From Candidatus Pelagibacter ubique HTCC1062 (GTDB taxonomy: Bacteria > Pseudomonadota > Alphaproteobacteria > Pelagibacterales > Pelagibacteraceae): DNA of 32,000 nt. Made by a program: the position numbers and the translations under genes. Positions 18,129 through 26,585 of the stretch are shown one piece after another. Every line of letters begins with the position of its first letter. Position 1 is the stretch's first letter. Below the pieces are notes generated by a model. That model saw only the letters and a program-made list of their open reading frames with translations, had not been told where the DNA came from and did no database searches. The stretch covers positions 960,001-992,000 of the forward strand of contig NC_007205.1 in the NCBI RefSeq assembly GCF_000012345.1, given 5' to 3'.

Positions 18129-19272
18129 ATCAAGACTTATAACGATTTTATTGACCCTCTTACTAACAACTAATGCTAATGCAGCATTTGATGTAAAGGC
18201 TAGAACAGCAATATTACAAGATTATCTTTCTGGTGAAATATTATTTGAAAAAGATGCCGATAAATCAATTTATCCTGCATCAATGACAAAAATTATGACA
18301 GCCATTATTGCGTTTGATTTAATTAGAAGCGGTGATCTAAGTTTAGATGAAAAATTTTTAGTATCAGAGAATGCCTGGAGACTTTCATCAGCTGGCTATT
18401 CTTCAATGTTTATAATGGTTGGTGATGAAGTTAGTGTGGAAAATTTACTTAAGGGAATAATTATTGCATCTGGTAATGATGCTTGTGTTGCGTTAGCTGA
18501 AGGTATTGCTGGAACAGAAGATGAATTTGCAGTGATGATGACGGCTAAAGCTAAAGAAATAGGAATGAATAATACTAATTTTGCTAATTCATCAGGCATT
18601 AATGATACTGAAAACCTATCAACTGTAAGAGATATTATGCTTATGTCTAATTATCTTATTAAAGAGTTTCCTGAAGAATATAAGTATTTTGCAGAAAAAG
18701 AATTTACTTGGAATAGAACAGGGGGTGACCCCATTACTCAAGGTAATAGAAATCCGTTATTATATAAAAGCCTTGGGGCAGATGGAATTAAAACTGGTTA
18801 TTTAGCAGTTGAAAAATACTCACTAGCATCATCTGTTGAAAGAAATGGAAGACGACTAATAGCTGTAGGTAGTGGCTTTAATACTAAAAATGATAGATCT
18901 CGTGAAAGTGCCAAACTTTTAACATGGGGTTTAACTAATTTTGACCTGGTTGAAATTACAAAAGCAAACACACCAATAGAAGACATTGATGTTTGGTTGG
19001 GTAAAAAAGATACTGTTAAAACTTATATAAAAAATGATATCTACAAAACTATTCCTAAAGCAAAAAAAAGACTATTGAAGGTATCATTGAATTATAATGG
19101 TCCAATTCAAGCACCTATTAAAAAAGATGATATCTTAGGAAAATTAAAGCTAATCTTTGATGGTGAACTTATCGAAGAATATGATCTACTTGCTTATGAA
19201 GATGTTAAGAAATTAAATGTTTTTTCACGGTTAATGAAATCAATTAATTTTTTAATTTGGGGTGATGTCTAA
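18121..19272 (+). CDS. D-alanyl-D-alanine carboxypeptidase (PBP5/6 class, S11 peptidase)
   Basis: 383 aa with a signal peptide. The SxxK 'SMTKIMT', SxN 'SGND' and KTG 'IKTGY' motifs are present, followed by a C-terminal beta domain. Confidence 0.92.
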   Translation: MIKSRLITILLTLLLTTNANAAFDVKARTAILQDYLSGEILFEKDADKSIYPASMTKIMTAIIAFDLIRSGDLSLDEKFLVSENAWRLSSAGYSSMFIMVGDEVSVENLLKGIIIASGNDACVALAEGIAGTEDEFAVMMTAKAKEIGMNNTNFANSSGINDTENLSTVRDIMLMSNYLIKEFPEEYKYFAEKEFTWNRTGGDPITQGNRNPLLYKSLGADGIKTGYLAVEKYSLASSVERNGRRLIAVGSGFNTKNDRSRESAKLLTWGLTNFDLVEITKANTPIEDIDVWLGKKDTVKTYIKNDIYKTIPKAKKRLLKVSLNYNGPIQAPIKKDDILGKLKLIFDGELIEEYDLLAYEDVKKLNVFSRLMKSINFLIWGDV

Positions 19273-19876
19273 AAAACCAATAATTGTATTTGAAGGTATA
19301 GAGGGGACAGGCAAATCTCATCATATTAAAAATGTTGCTAACTACTTAACACGTAAAAAAATTAAATTTATTCAAATTAGAGAACCTGGTGGCAGTGCAA
19401 ATTCAGAAAAAATAAGAAATCTTATTCTTAATAATAAATCTACATTTAATAAAGAAACTGATTTACTGCTTTATCTTTCGGCAAGAAGTGAAAATATAGA
19501 AATTATAAGAAAAAATGTTGGTAAAAAAATAATATTAATAGATAGATTTTCAGATTCAACTATTGCCTACCAACATTATGGTATGGGTGTAAACCTCAAG
19601 TTTATACAAAATATTAACAATCATCTTTTAAAAAATATTAAAATTGATTTTACTTTTTTAAATACAGTAAATTTATCAAATATGAAAAAAAGGCTTAAAC
19701 TAAGAAAAAAGCTTAACAGATATGATAAATTTAACAGTAAATTTTATGAAAAAGTACAAAATGGTTTTATAAAGATATTAAAAAAAAATCCTAAAAAATA
19801 TATTAGAATAAATTCAAATCTAGATATAGATCTTAATGAAAATATAATATTAAATAAAATTAAAGACTTAATTTAG
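19265..19876 (+). CDS. tmk: Thymidylate kinase
   Basis: I prefer the ATG at 19265 to the track's GTG at 19262. P-loop 'FEGIEGTGKS' and 'DRFSDSTIAYQ' are present. It overlaps the dac stop. Confidence 0.9.
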   Translation: MSKKPIIVFEGIEGTGKSHHIKNVANYLTRKKIKFIQIREPGGSANSEKIRNLILNNKSTFNKETDLLLYLSARSENIEIIRKNVGKKIILIDRFSDSTIAYQHYGMGVNLKFIQNINNHLLKNIKIDFTFLNTVNLSNMKKRLKLRKKLNRYDKFNSKFYEKVQNGFIKILKKNPKKYIRINSNLDIDLNENIILNKIKDLI

Positions 19877-19880
19877 ATTT

Positions 19881-20813
19881 ATGAATTTAAAACCATCTGA
19901 GAACACTAAAATTTATGGTATGGAAAATTTTTTTCATGAATTAAGTGGACTATATAAGCACAAAAAATTGCCTAATAAAATTTTACTGTCTGGAAAAAAA
20001 GGATTAGGAAAATCAACATTAGCCTATCATTTAATCAACTATATTTTATCCGAAAATGAGGATTATAAATATAATTTAGAAAATTTTTGCATCCATAAGG
20101 ACAATAAATCTTATAAACTTTTGCAAAATAACTCCCATCCAAATTTCTATTTAATAGATTTATTAACAGAAAAAAAAAGCATTGATGTAGGTCAAATACG
20201 TGAAATGATTAGTTACACAAATAAATCAACATTTAATAATATGGCAAGATTTATTTTAATAGATAATGTTGAAAATCTAAATAAGAATTCTGTCAACGCA
20301 TTACTTAAAATTATTGAAGAACCAAATGAAAATGTTTTTTTTATCTTAATAAATAATAGTGAAAAAAATATACTACCCACACTAAAATCAAGATGTTTAA
20401 CATTCAAGATTAATTTTACATTTAATGAGTCCTTAAGTATTTCAAATTTAATACTGGATAAAAATGTACTTGATTTTATTAATTATGACTTACTAAGTTT
20501 TTATAATTCACCCGGTGAAATTATTAGTTTGTTTAATTTTGCAGAAGAAAAATCTATTAATTTAAAGGATCACACTATTTCAAGTTTTATAAGTTCGATA
20601 ATAGATAATAATTATTATAAGAAAAATAAACCTGTCAAAATTTTATTAATAAATTTAATCGAGCTATTCTTTTTGAAAAAATATCTGATAACCAATTCAA
20701 AGGTTACATTAATTAATTTTTATCAAAAATTTATAAAAAAAATTTATAATACAGAAAAATTTAATCTAGACGAAGAAAGTTTATTTTTAGAATTTAAATC
20801 AAAATTGTTATAA
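19881..20813 (+). CDS. holB: DNA polymerase III subunit delta'
   Basis: 310 aa. 'LLSGKKGLGKSTLA', 'NALLKIIEEP' and 'TLKSRC' (SRC motif) are present. tmk-holB-metG is conserved synteny. Confidence 0.85.
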   Translation: MNLKPSENTKIYGMENFFHELSGLYKHKKLPNKILLSGKKGLGKSTLAYHLINYILSENEDYKYNLENFCIHKDNKSYKLLQNNSHPNFYLIDLLTEKKSIDVGQIREMISYTNKSTFNNMARFILIDNVENLNKNSVNALLKIIEEPNENVFFILINNSEKNILPTLKSRCLTFKINFTFNESLSISNLILDKNVLDFINYDLLSFYNSPGEIISLFNFAEEKSINLKDHTISSFISSIIDNNYYKKNKPVKILLINLIELFFLKKYLITNSKVTLINFYQKFIKKIYNTEKFNLDEESLFLEFKSKLL

Positions 20814-22355
20814 ATGGATAAAAATTACTATATAACTACACCAATTTATTATCCTTCAGCGAGACCCCATATGGGTCATGCATACTCAAGTATTGTTGCT
20901 GATTTTTTTGCAAGATTTAAACGTATAGATGGGTTCAATGTTCATTTTTTAACAGGTACGGATGAGCATGGTTTAAAAATACAACGAGCAGCAGAGAGAA
21001 AAAAAATTGATCCTCAAACTTTTTGTGATGAAATTAGTCAAACGTTTAGAGATCTTTCAAAAACATTAAATTTATCTAATACTGATTTCATTAGAACTAC
21101 TGAAGAAAGACACAAAAAAACAGTTCAACATCTGTGGAATGAACTTGAAAAAAATGACGATATTTATTTATCAAAATATTCTGGTTGGTATTCTGTTTCT
21201 GATGAAGCTTATTACAGTGATGAAGAAATTAGTGAAAAAGAAAACGTTAAAATTGCCATTTCATCTGGTTCTTCGGTTGAATGGATAGAGGAAGAGTCTT
21301 ATTTTTTTAGATTATCTAAGTGGCAAGATGAACTACTAAAATATTATGAAAAAAATCCAGACTTTATTTCACCAAAATCCAGAAAAAATGAAGTAATTAG
21401 TTTTGTAAAAGGTGGGTTAAAAGACTTATCCATAAGCCGTAAAGCATTCTCTTGGGGCATCAAGGTTCCTAATAGTCAAGATCATGTGATTTATGTTTGG
21501 CTTGATGCTCTAACAAATTATTTAAGTGCTTTAAACTACCCAGATACAAATGATGAACTGTTTAAAAAATTTTGGCCTGCATCTGTTCATTTAATAGGTA
21601 AAGATATATTAAGATTTCATTCTGTATATTGGCCAGCATTTTTAATGGCTGCAAAAATACCTTTACCTAAGAAAGTATATGGTCATGGCTGGATTTTATC
21701 TGGTGATGAAAAGATGTCAAAATCAAAAGGAAATATTCTTGATCCATTAGATATTATTGAAATTTATGGACTTGACCCATTAAGATATTATTTGATTAAA
21801 GAAGTTTCATTTGGAAATGATGGTAATATTTCTCAAGATAGATTAGAGGATTGTATCAATAGTGATTTGGCTAATAATTATGGTAATTTATGTCAAAGAG
21901 TGACTGCATTTGCTGAGAAGAATTGCTCTTCATTAGTACCAGATAATACAAAATTTAATGATGAAGATTTAGTGATGCTAAATAAATTTACTGATAATTT
22001 AGATCTAATAAGAACTGAAATTGATAATCAAAATATTAATTATTATATTAATTTCATTGTTAGCGCTTTATTTGAAGCAAATAAGTATTTTAACGATCAA
22101 GAGCCTTGGAAAAAAAAAGATGATAAAGATAGATTAAATACCATTGTCTATACATCTTTAGAAATGATTAGAAAAATTTCATTTATGCTTTATCCAATAA
22201 TTCCAAGCTCAATAGAAAAAGCCTTAAAGATTTTTAATTTAAATATTGATGCGATTAATTTGGAATCTATTGCAAAACATGACTATCTAATATCTGGTAA
22301 ACCTATCAACAAAATAGATATTTTGTTTAAAAAAATTGAAAAAAAACATGATTGA
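20814..22355 (+). CDS. metG: Methionine--tRNA ligase (short form without a C-terminal tRNA-binding domain)
   Basis: 513 aa. HIGH-type 'ARPHMGHAYS' and 'KMSKSKGN' are present. It aligns along its length with T. thermophilus MetRS as I recall it. There is a 0-nt gap after holB. Confidence 0.95.
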   Translation: MDKNYYITTPIYYPSARPHMGHAYSSIVADFFARFKRIDGFNVHFLTGTDEHGLKIQRAAERKKIDPQTFCDEISQTFRDLSKTLNLSNTDFIRTTEERHKKTVQHLWNELEKNDDIYLSKYSGWYSVSDEAYYSDEEISEKENVKIAISSGSSVEWIEEESYFFRLSKWQDELLKYYEKNPDFISPKSRKNEVISFVKGGLKDLSISRKAFSWGIKVPNSQDHVIYVWLDALTNYLSALNYPDTNDELFKKFWPASVHLIGKDILRFHSVYWPAFLMAAKIPLPKKVYGHGWILSGDEKMSKSKGNILDPLDIIEIYGLDPLRYYLIKEVSFGNDGNISQDRLEDCINSDLANNYGNLCQRVTAFAEKNCSSLVPDNTKFNDEDLVMLNKFTDNLDLIRTEIDNQNINYYINFIVSALFEANKYFNDQEPWKKKDDKDRLNTIVYTSLEMIRKISFMLYPIIPSSIEKALKIFNLNIDAINLESIAKHDYLISGKPINKIDILFKKIEKKHD

Positions 22356-23112
22356 TTCTCATTGTCATTTAGATCATGAACCTTTACTTGAAAATTTAAA
22401 TGAAGTTATAAAAAGATCTAAAGAAGCTGGTATCTCAAAATTATTAACCATATGCACTACACCTGAAAGTTTTGATAGGATCAAAAAAATTATTATAACC
22501 GACCCAATGATTTTCGGAACTTTTGGTATTCACCCTCACGAGACTGAGAAAAGTCATTTAATTGATAAAAATTATATAACAAGTCAAGTAAATCAAAATG
22601 AGCGAATTATTGGTATTGGTGAAACAGGCTTAGATTTTTTTTATAATCATAGCAATAAAGAAAGACAAATCGATAGCTTTAAAGCTCATATAGAGGCTTC
22701 TATAGAGCTTAATATGCCTATTATCATACATTCTAGAAATGCAGAGAGTGAAACATATGAAATTTTAAAATCATATAAATCAGAAAAACTTAAAATTTTG
22801 ATGCACTGTTTTACTGGTTCGTTAAATTTTGCAAATAAATTAATAGAATTAAATGCTTTTTTTTCAGCAAGTGGAATAATTACTTTTAAAAATAGTTTAG
22901 AGCTTCAGAAAACTTTTAAAAGTATTCCCTTAAATAAACTGCTTGTTGAAACAGATAGTCCATTTTTAGCGCCCATACCAATGAGAGGGAAAAAAAATGA
23001 ACCAAGTTTTATTAAATATACTTTAGAAAAATTATCTATTTTAAAAGAAAAAACTAATCAAGAAATGTCAGATTTAACTACTCAAAATTTTAATAAACTT
23101 TTTAATCTATAA
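22348..23112 (+). CDS. TatD-family metal-dependent hydrolase (YcfH-like)
   Basis: I prefer the ATG at 22348 ('MIDSHCHL', the typical family N-terminus) to the track's TTG at 22336. 'GETGLDFFY', 'IIHSRNA', 'MHCFTG' and 'ETDSPFLAP' are present. It overlaps metG by 8 nt (ATGATTGA). Confidence 0.9.
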   Translation: MIDSHCHLDHEPLLENLNEVIKRSKEAGISKLLTICTTPESFDRIKKIIITDPMIFGTFGIHPHETEKSHLIDKNYITSQVNQNERIIGIGETGLDFFYNHSNKERQIDSFKAHIEASIELNMPIIIHSRNAESETYEILKSYKSEKLKILMHCFTGSLNFANKLIELNAFFSASGIITFKNSLELQKTFKSIPLNKLLVETDSPFLAPIPMRGKKNEPSFIKYTLEKLSILKEKTNQEMSDLTTQNFNKLFNL

Positions 23113-23891
23113 TGTCTCTTAAATTTGTTATTTTGGGTAGTGGTAGCTCAATGGGTGTACCTAGAGCAGATGGATATTCTGGAGATTGTGATTTAAAAAA
23201 TAAAAAGAATTTTAGAACAAGGTGTTCTGCTCTAATTAAATTTAATGATCAAAATATTCTAATAGATACATCGCCAGATTTGAGGTCTCAACTTCTAAAA
23301 AATAAAATTAAATCTATTAGTAAAGTTTTTTATACACATCTTCATGCTGACCAGACACATGGTATTAATGACTTGCGCCCATTTTTTTTGATAAACAAGA
23401 AACAAATTCCAGTCTATGCGGACATTAATACTAAGAAATATTTGCTTTCAACTTTTAAATATTGTTTTAAATCATCTTTTGGTTATCCATCAACTTTAAA
23501 TATTAATAGCCTTAAAAAAAAACATGAATTTATAATTAAAGATAAAAAAATTAAAATTGAATCAATACCTGTTCAACATGGTAAGATTAAAAGTATTTGC
23601 TATTTAATTAACAATAAATTAGCCTATGCAAGTGATATTAGTCTATTCTTTAAAAAAGATTACAAAAAATTAAAAAATTTAGAATATCTAATTATTGATT
23701 GTCTGTGGTACCGTAATCATTCAGCTCATTTCAATTTAGATCAAGTTTTAGAAATAGTTAAAATCCTTACTCCTAAAAAAACTATATTAACAAATATGCA
23801 TAGCGATTTAGATTATGCAAAACTTAAGAAAAAATTACCCAAAAATATTATTCCTGGTTTTGATGGTTTGACTGTTAGTTTAAAGAATTAA
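23112..23891 (+). CDS. MBL-fold metallo-hydrolase (PhnP-like)
   Basis: 259 aa. 'YTHLHADQTHGINDLR' is a variant of the HxHxDH motif. Its position after tatD is conserved in alphaproteobacteria. The start overlaps the tatD stop (TAATG). Confidence 0.8.
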   Translation: MSLKFVILGSGSSMGVPRADGYSGDCDLKNKKNFRTRCSALIKFNDQNILIDTSPDLRSQLLKNKIKSISKVFYTHLHADQTHGINDLRPFFLINKKQIPVYADINTKKYLLSTFKYCFKSSFGYPSTLNINSLKKKHEFIIKDKKIKIESIPVQHGKIKSICYLINNKLAYASDISLFFKKDYKKLKNLEYLIIDCLWYRNHSAHFNLDQVLEIVKILTPKKTILTNMHSDLDYAKLKKKLPKNIIPGFDGLTVSLKN

Positions 23892-24434
23892 ATCTATTTG
23901 TTTTGTTATCTTATCTGACATTGGTGTAATAAAAGAATTGAACGTGTCCTGTATTTTTCCTTCTTTATTAATCAATATTTTATGAAAATTCCACTTAGGA
24001 ACAGTTGAATTACCATAATTTTTTTTTGCCCATTTATATAAGTCATGGGCATTATTACCTTTAACATCAGTTTTGTCTGTTATTGGAAAAGTAATATTAA
24101 AATTAGTTTCACAAAAATCTTTAATTTCTGAATTAGTGCCTGGTTCTTGACCACCAAATTGATTTGATGGAACGCCAATTACATAGAAGCCTCTGTCTTT
24201 ATACTTTTCATAAAGTTCTTGCAGACCTGTATATTGCTTAGTAAATCCACACTTACTAGCAACATTTACCAAAAGTATAGTTTTTCCTTTGTATTGATTT
24301 AAATCAATAGTTTCATTATTTATATTTTTTATCGAATGATCAAAAAATAGCTTTTCGTATTTAGCATCAACTTTTTCAAAAAATGTAAACATAGATAGGA
24401 TTAATAGAATTAATAAATTATTTTTATAAACCAT
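23880..24434 (-). CDS. Glutathione peroxidase (Cys type), probably exported
   Basis: 184 aa. 'LVNVASKCGFTKQY', 'PSNQFGGQEP' and 'WNFHKILI' are present. The N-terminal segment 'LLILLILSMFTFFEKVDA' looks like a signal peptide. Confidence 0.9.
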   Translation of the reverse strand: MVYKNNLLILLILSMFTFFEKVDAKYEKLFFDHSIKNINNETIDLNQYKGKTILLVNVASKCGFTKQYTGLQELYEKYKDRGFYVIGVPSNQFGGQEPGTNSEIKDFCETNFNITFPITDKTDVKGNNAHDLYKWAKKNYGNSTVPKWNFHKILINKEGKIQDTFNSFITPMSDKITKQIDLIL

Positions 24435-24437
24435 GAC

Positions 24438-25610
24438 TTATTTTTTAGAGGCATACAATAATATAAAATATCCAAATACAGTAGACAGTAAAGATCCAGC
24501 AAGAACACCAATTTTTACTCCATCAATATACTGAATATTTTCGGCAAAAGCTAAGTTTCCAACAAACAAACTCATAGTAAAACCAACCCCAGTTAAAATT
24601 GAAACTCCGTATAAGCTTAACCAGCTAGATTTATCTGGCATTTGAGCTACACCAAATTTAACAGCAATGAAAGAAACAACCATAACCCCAACTTGTTTAC
24701 CAACAAATAACCCTAAAAGAATACCTAATGGAACAGGTTCTAATAATGAAGTTAATGATAGCCCCTCTAAAGATACGCCAGCATTAGCAAATGCAAATAT
24801 AGGCATTATTATAAAAGCAACATATGGACTGATTGCATGTTCTAATTTAATTAATAAAGAGAAATCTTTTTCTTTAATTCTGTGAGGTATGGTTGAAGCT
24901 AAAAGAACACCTGCTATTGTTGCGTGAATTCCAGACTTATATGTGAAAAACCACATGAAGGCACCAATTATTAAATAGGGAATAAACTTTTTAACACCAA
25001 ATTTATTTAAAGTAAGTAGTAAAATATATGAAATTAAGATTAAACTTAAATAACTTATGCTTAAGTCACCTGAGTAGAAAAAAGCTATAATTAATATTGC
25101 ACCAAGATCATCGATTATAGCAAGAGCCGTTAAAAAAACTTTTAAAGAAATTGGAACTCTTGAACCAAGTAAGGACAAAATTCCCAAAGAAAACGCTATG
25201 TCTGTAGCAGATGGAATTGCCCAACCATTCAATGTTTCAGAATTACCAAGGTTTATAAAAACATAGACTAGAGCAGGGACCACCATTCCCCCAACAGCTC
25301 CTATAATTGGCAGCAATGCTTTTTTTAAATTAGAAAGCTCACCTTGAATAAATTCTCGTTTTATTTCTAGTGTTACGAAGAAAAAGAAAATTGCCATTAA
25401 CAAGTCATTAATCCAGTGATGTACCGAAAGTTTTAAACCGAAATCATTAATACCTATAAATAGGTATTGGTTTAATGTATCAAAATATAAATTACTTAAA
25501 CTAGAATTGCTTATTACCAGAGCAATAATTGCTGCAATTAACAATACAAGACCACTTGCCGCTTCTAATTGAAAAAACCATTTAAAAGGTTTTGAAAGAT
25601 TTTTGATCAT
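24438..25610 (-). CDS. nhaA: Na+/H+ antiporter NhaA
   Basis: 390 aa and polytopic. 'ALAIIDDLGAILIIAFFY' carries the conserved Asp pair, and 'WAIPSATDIAF' is present. Confidence 0.93.
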   Translation of the reverse strand: MIKNLSKPFKWFFQLEAASGLVLLIAAIIALVISNSSLSNLYFDTLNQYLFIGINDFGLKLSVHHWINDLLMAIFFFFVTLEIKREFIQGELSNLKKALLPIIGAVGGMVVPALVYVFINLGNSETLNGWAIPSATDIAFSLGILSLLGSRVPISLKVFLTALAIIDDLGAILIIAFFYSGDLSISYLSLILISYILLLTLNKFGVKKFIPYLIIGAFMWFFTYKSGIHATIAGVLLASTIPHRIKEKDFSLLIKLEHAISPYVAFIIMPIFAFANAGVSLEGLSLTSLLEPVPLGILLGLFVGKQVGVMVVSFIAVKFGVAQMPDKSSWLSLYGVSILTGVGFTMSLFVGNLAFAENIQYIDGVKIGVLAGSLLSTVFGYFILLYASKK

Positions 25611-25614
25611 AATT

Positions 25615-26127
25615 TTATATTAAATCTCTAATAAATAATGAGATATCTTTAATACTTTCATACAAATTATAAAGTATAAATTCGACATTTGGGACAATTT
25701 TCCCAATAGGATATTTAAACGTGTCCACAATAATTATAAAAGCTACGAATGAAATAATTGATACAACAAAAATATTTAATATTTTAAAATTTTTTTGTTT
25801 TTTTGGCTGTGTATTTACTTGTGTGCTTTCACCATTATTTATCTCAATTTTTTCTTTAGTTTTTTCTTCTAAGTTAACTTCTACTTCGTCATTAGATGTG
25901 TCTGATACACTTTCTACATCATTGATCGGTGAATTATTTTGTTCAAAAATATTAACATTATCATTACTAATATCTTCATTAGTTGGACTTACTGTGTTTT
26001 CAGGAGCTACTTTTTTAAAAAACCATTTATGATCACAGCTAGCACACTGTAATAAACGACCCATGTCGGGAATTAAACTTGAGTCTACATCGAATTTTTT
26101 ATTACAATTATTGCAAGTGATGATCAT
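25615..26127 (-). CDS. MJ0042-type zinc-ribbon protein with an acidic linker and a C-terminal TM segment
   Basis: I prefer the ATG at 26127, giving 'MIITCNNCNKKFDVD...LQCASCDHKWF' with the CxxC...CxxC motif at the extreme N-terminus as in the family. The track ORF extends to 26196. It also has a low-complexity Asn/Glu/Ser linker and the TM segment 'IFVVSIISFVAFIIIV'. Confidence 0.7.
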   Translation of the reverse strand: MIITCNNCNKKFDVDSSLIPDMGRLLQCASCDHKWFFKKVAPENTVSPTNEDISNDNVNIFEQNNSPINDVESVSDTSNDEVEVNLEEKTKEKIEINNGESTQVNTQPKKQKNFKILNIFVVSIISFVAFIIIVDTFKYPIGKIVPNVEFILYNLYESIKDISLFIRDLI

Positions 26128-26183
26128 AAATGATGTATATCTGATTCTTGTAAAAAAGCCTTGTTTTTGATGTTCTTTATTCT

Positions 26184-26211
26184 TTGAAATTATCAATATC
26201 TAATGTATTAG
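26184..26211 (+). promoter_or_regulatory. Candidate sigma70-like promoter for tRNA-Pro and downstream genes
   Basis: TTGAAA (26184-26189), N16, TATTAG (26206-26211) ends 9 nt before the tRNA 5' end. The upstream gene is divergent, so a promoter is needed here. Specificity is low in AT-rich DNA. Confidence 0.3.
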
Positions 26212-26220
26212 TACCTCAAT

Positions 26221-26297
<77 letters not shown>

Positions 26298-26301
26298 TTT
26301 T

Positions 26302-26583
26302 ATGAAAAAAGCAAAGATTTATATACCCACTAAAAATTCAATGCAGTCTGGTTTAGGTAAATCAGACAAATGGTTAATTGAATTTAAAACTGAAGATACA
26401 GGAATTAACCCTTTAATGGGTTGGGAAACTAACTCTAATACTCTTTCAGAATTAAATTTAGAATTTTCCTCTAAAGAATTAGCAATAGAATATGCAAAAA
26501 AAAATAAAATTGACTTTGAAATCATTGAACCTCAAAAAAGAAAAACTGTTAAAAAATCTTACGCAGATAATTTTTTAAAATAA
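26302..26583 (+). CDS. ETC complex I NDUFS4-like (18 kDa subunit family) protein
   Basis: 93 aa from the ATG at 26302. The track start at 26254 lies inside tRNA-Pro. '[14 protein letters not shown]...KWLIEF...[33 protein letters not shown]' fits the NDUFS4 family as found in alphaproteobacteria. Confidence 0.8.
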   Translation: MKKAKIYIPTKNSMQSGLGKSDKWLIEFKTEDTGINPLMGWETNSNTLSELNLEFSSKELAIEYAKKNKIDFEIIEPQKRKTVKKSYADNFLK

Positions 26584-26585
26584 TA

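Noticed and set aside
17364-22347. ORF-track TTG/GTG starts at 17364 (rlpA-like), 19262 (tmk) and 22336 (tatD-like)
   Set aside because: Each has an in-frame ATG 1-4 codons downstream (17370, 19265, 22348) that gives a family-typical N-terminus and a canonical overlap context. The longer versions are not excluded.
24249-24251. Possible selenocysteine recoding in the glutathione peroxidase
   Set aside because: The active-site residue in 'SKCGFT' is an ordinary Cys codon and the ORF has no in-frame TGA, so this is a Cys-type enzyme.
25721-26032. A 103-aa + strand ORF with hydrophobic, TM-like sequence
   Set aside because: It is antisense to the low-complexity linker of the zinc-ribbon gene. 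Its composition mirrors the sense-strand Asn/Glu/Ser repeats, and it has no start context or homology.
26128-26196. A 23-aa N-terminal extension of the zinc-ribbon ORF (start at 26196)
   Set aside because: MJ0042-type zinc ribbons begin at the extreme N-terminus, and the internal ATG at 26127 gives 'MIITCNNC'. The extension cannot be excluded without comparative data.
26201-26212. The palindrome CTAAT-gt-ATTAG ahead of tRNA-Pro, considered as a dif-like or operator site
   Set aside because: It has only 5-bp arms, bears no resemblance to the XerCD dif consensus, and overlaps the candidate -10 region.
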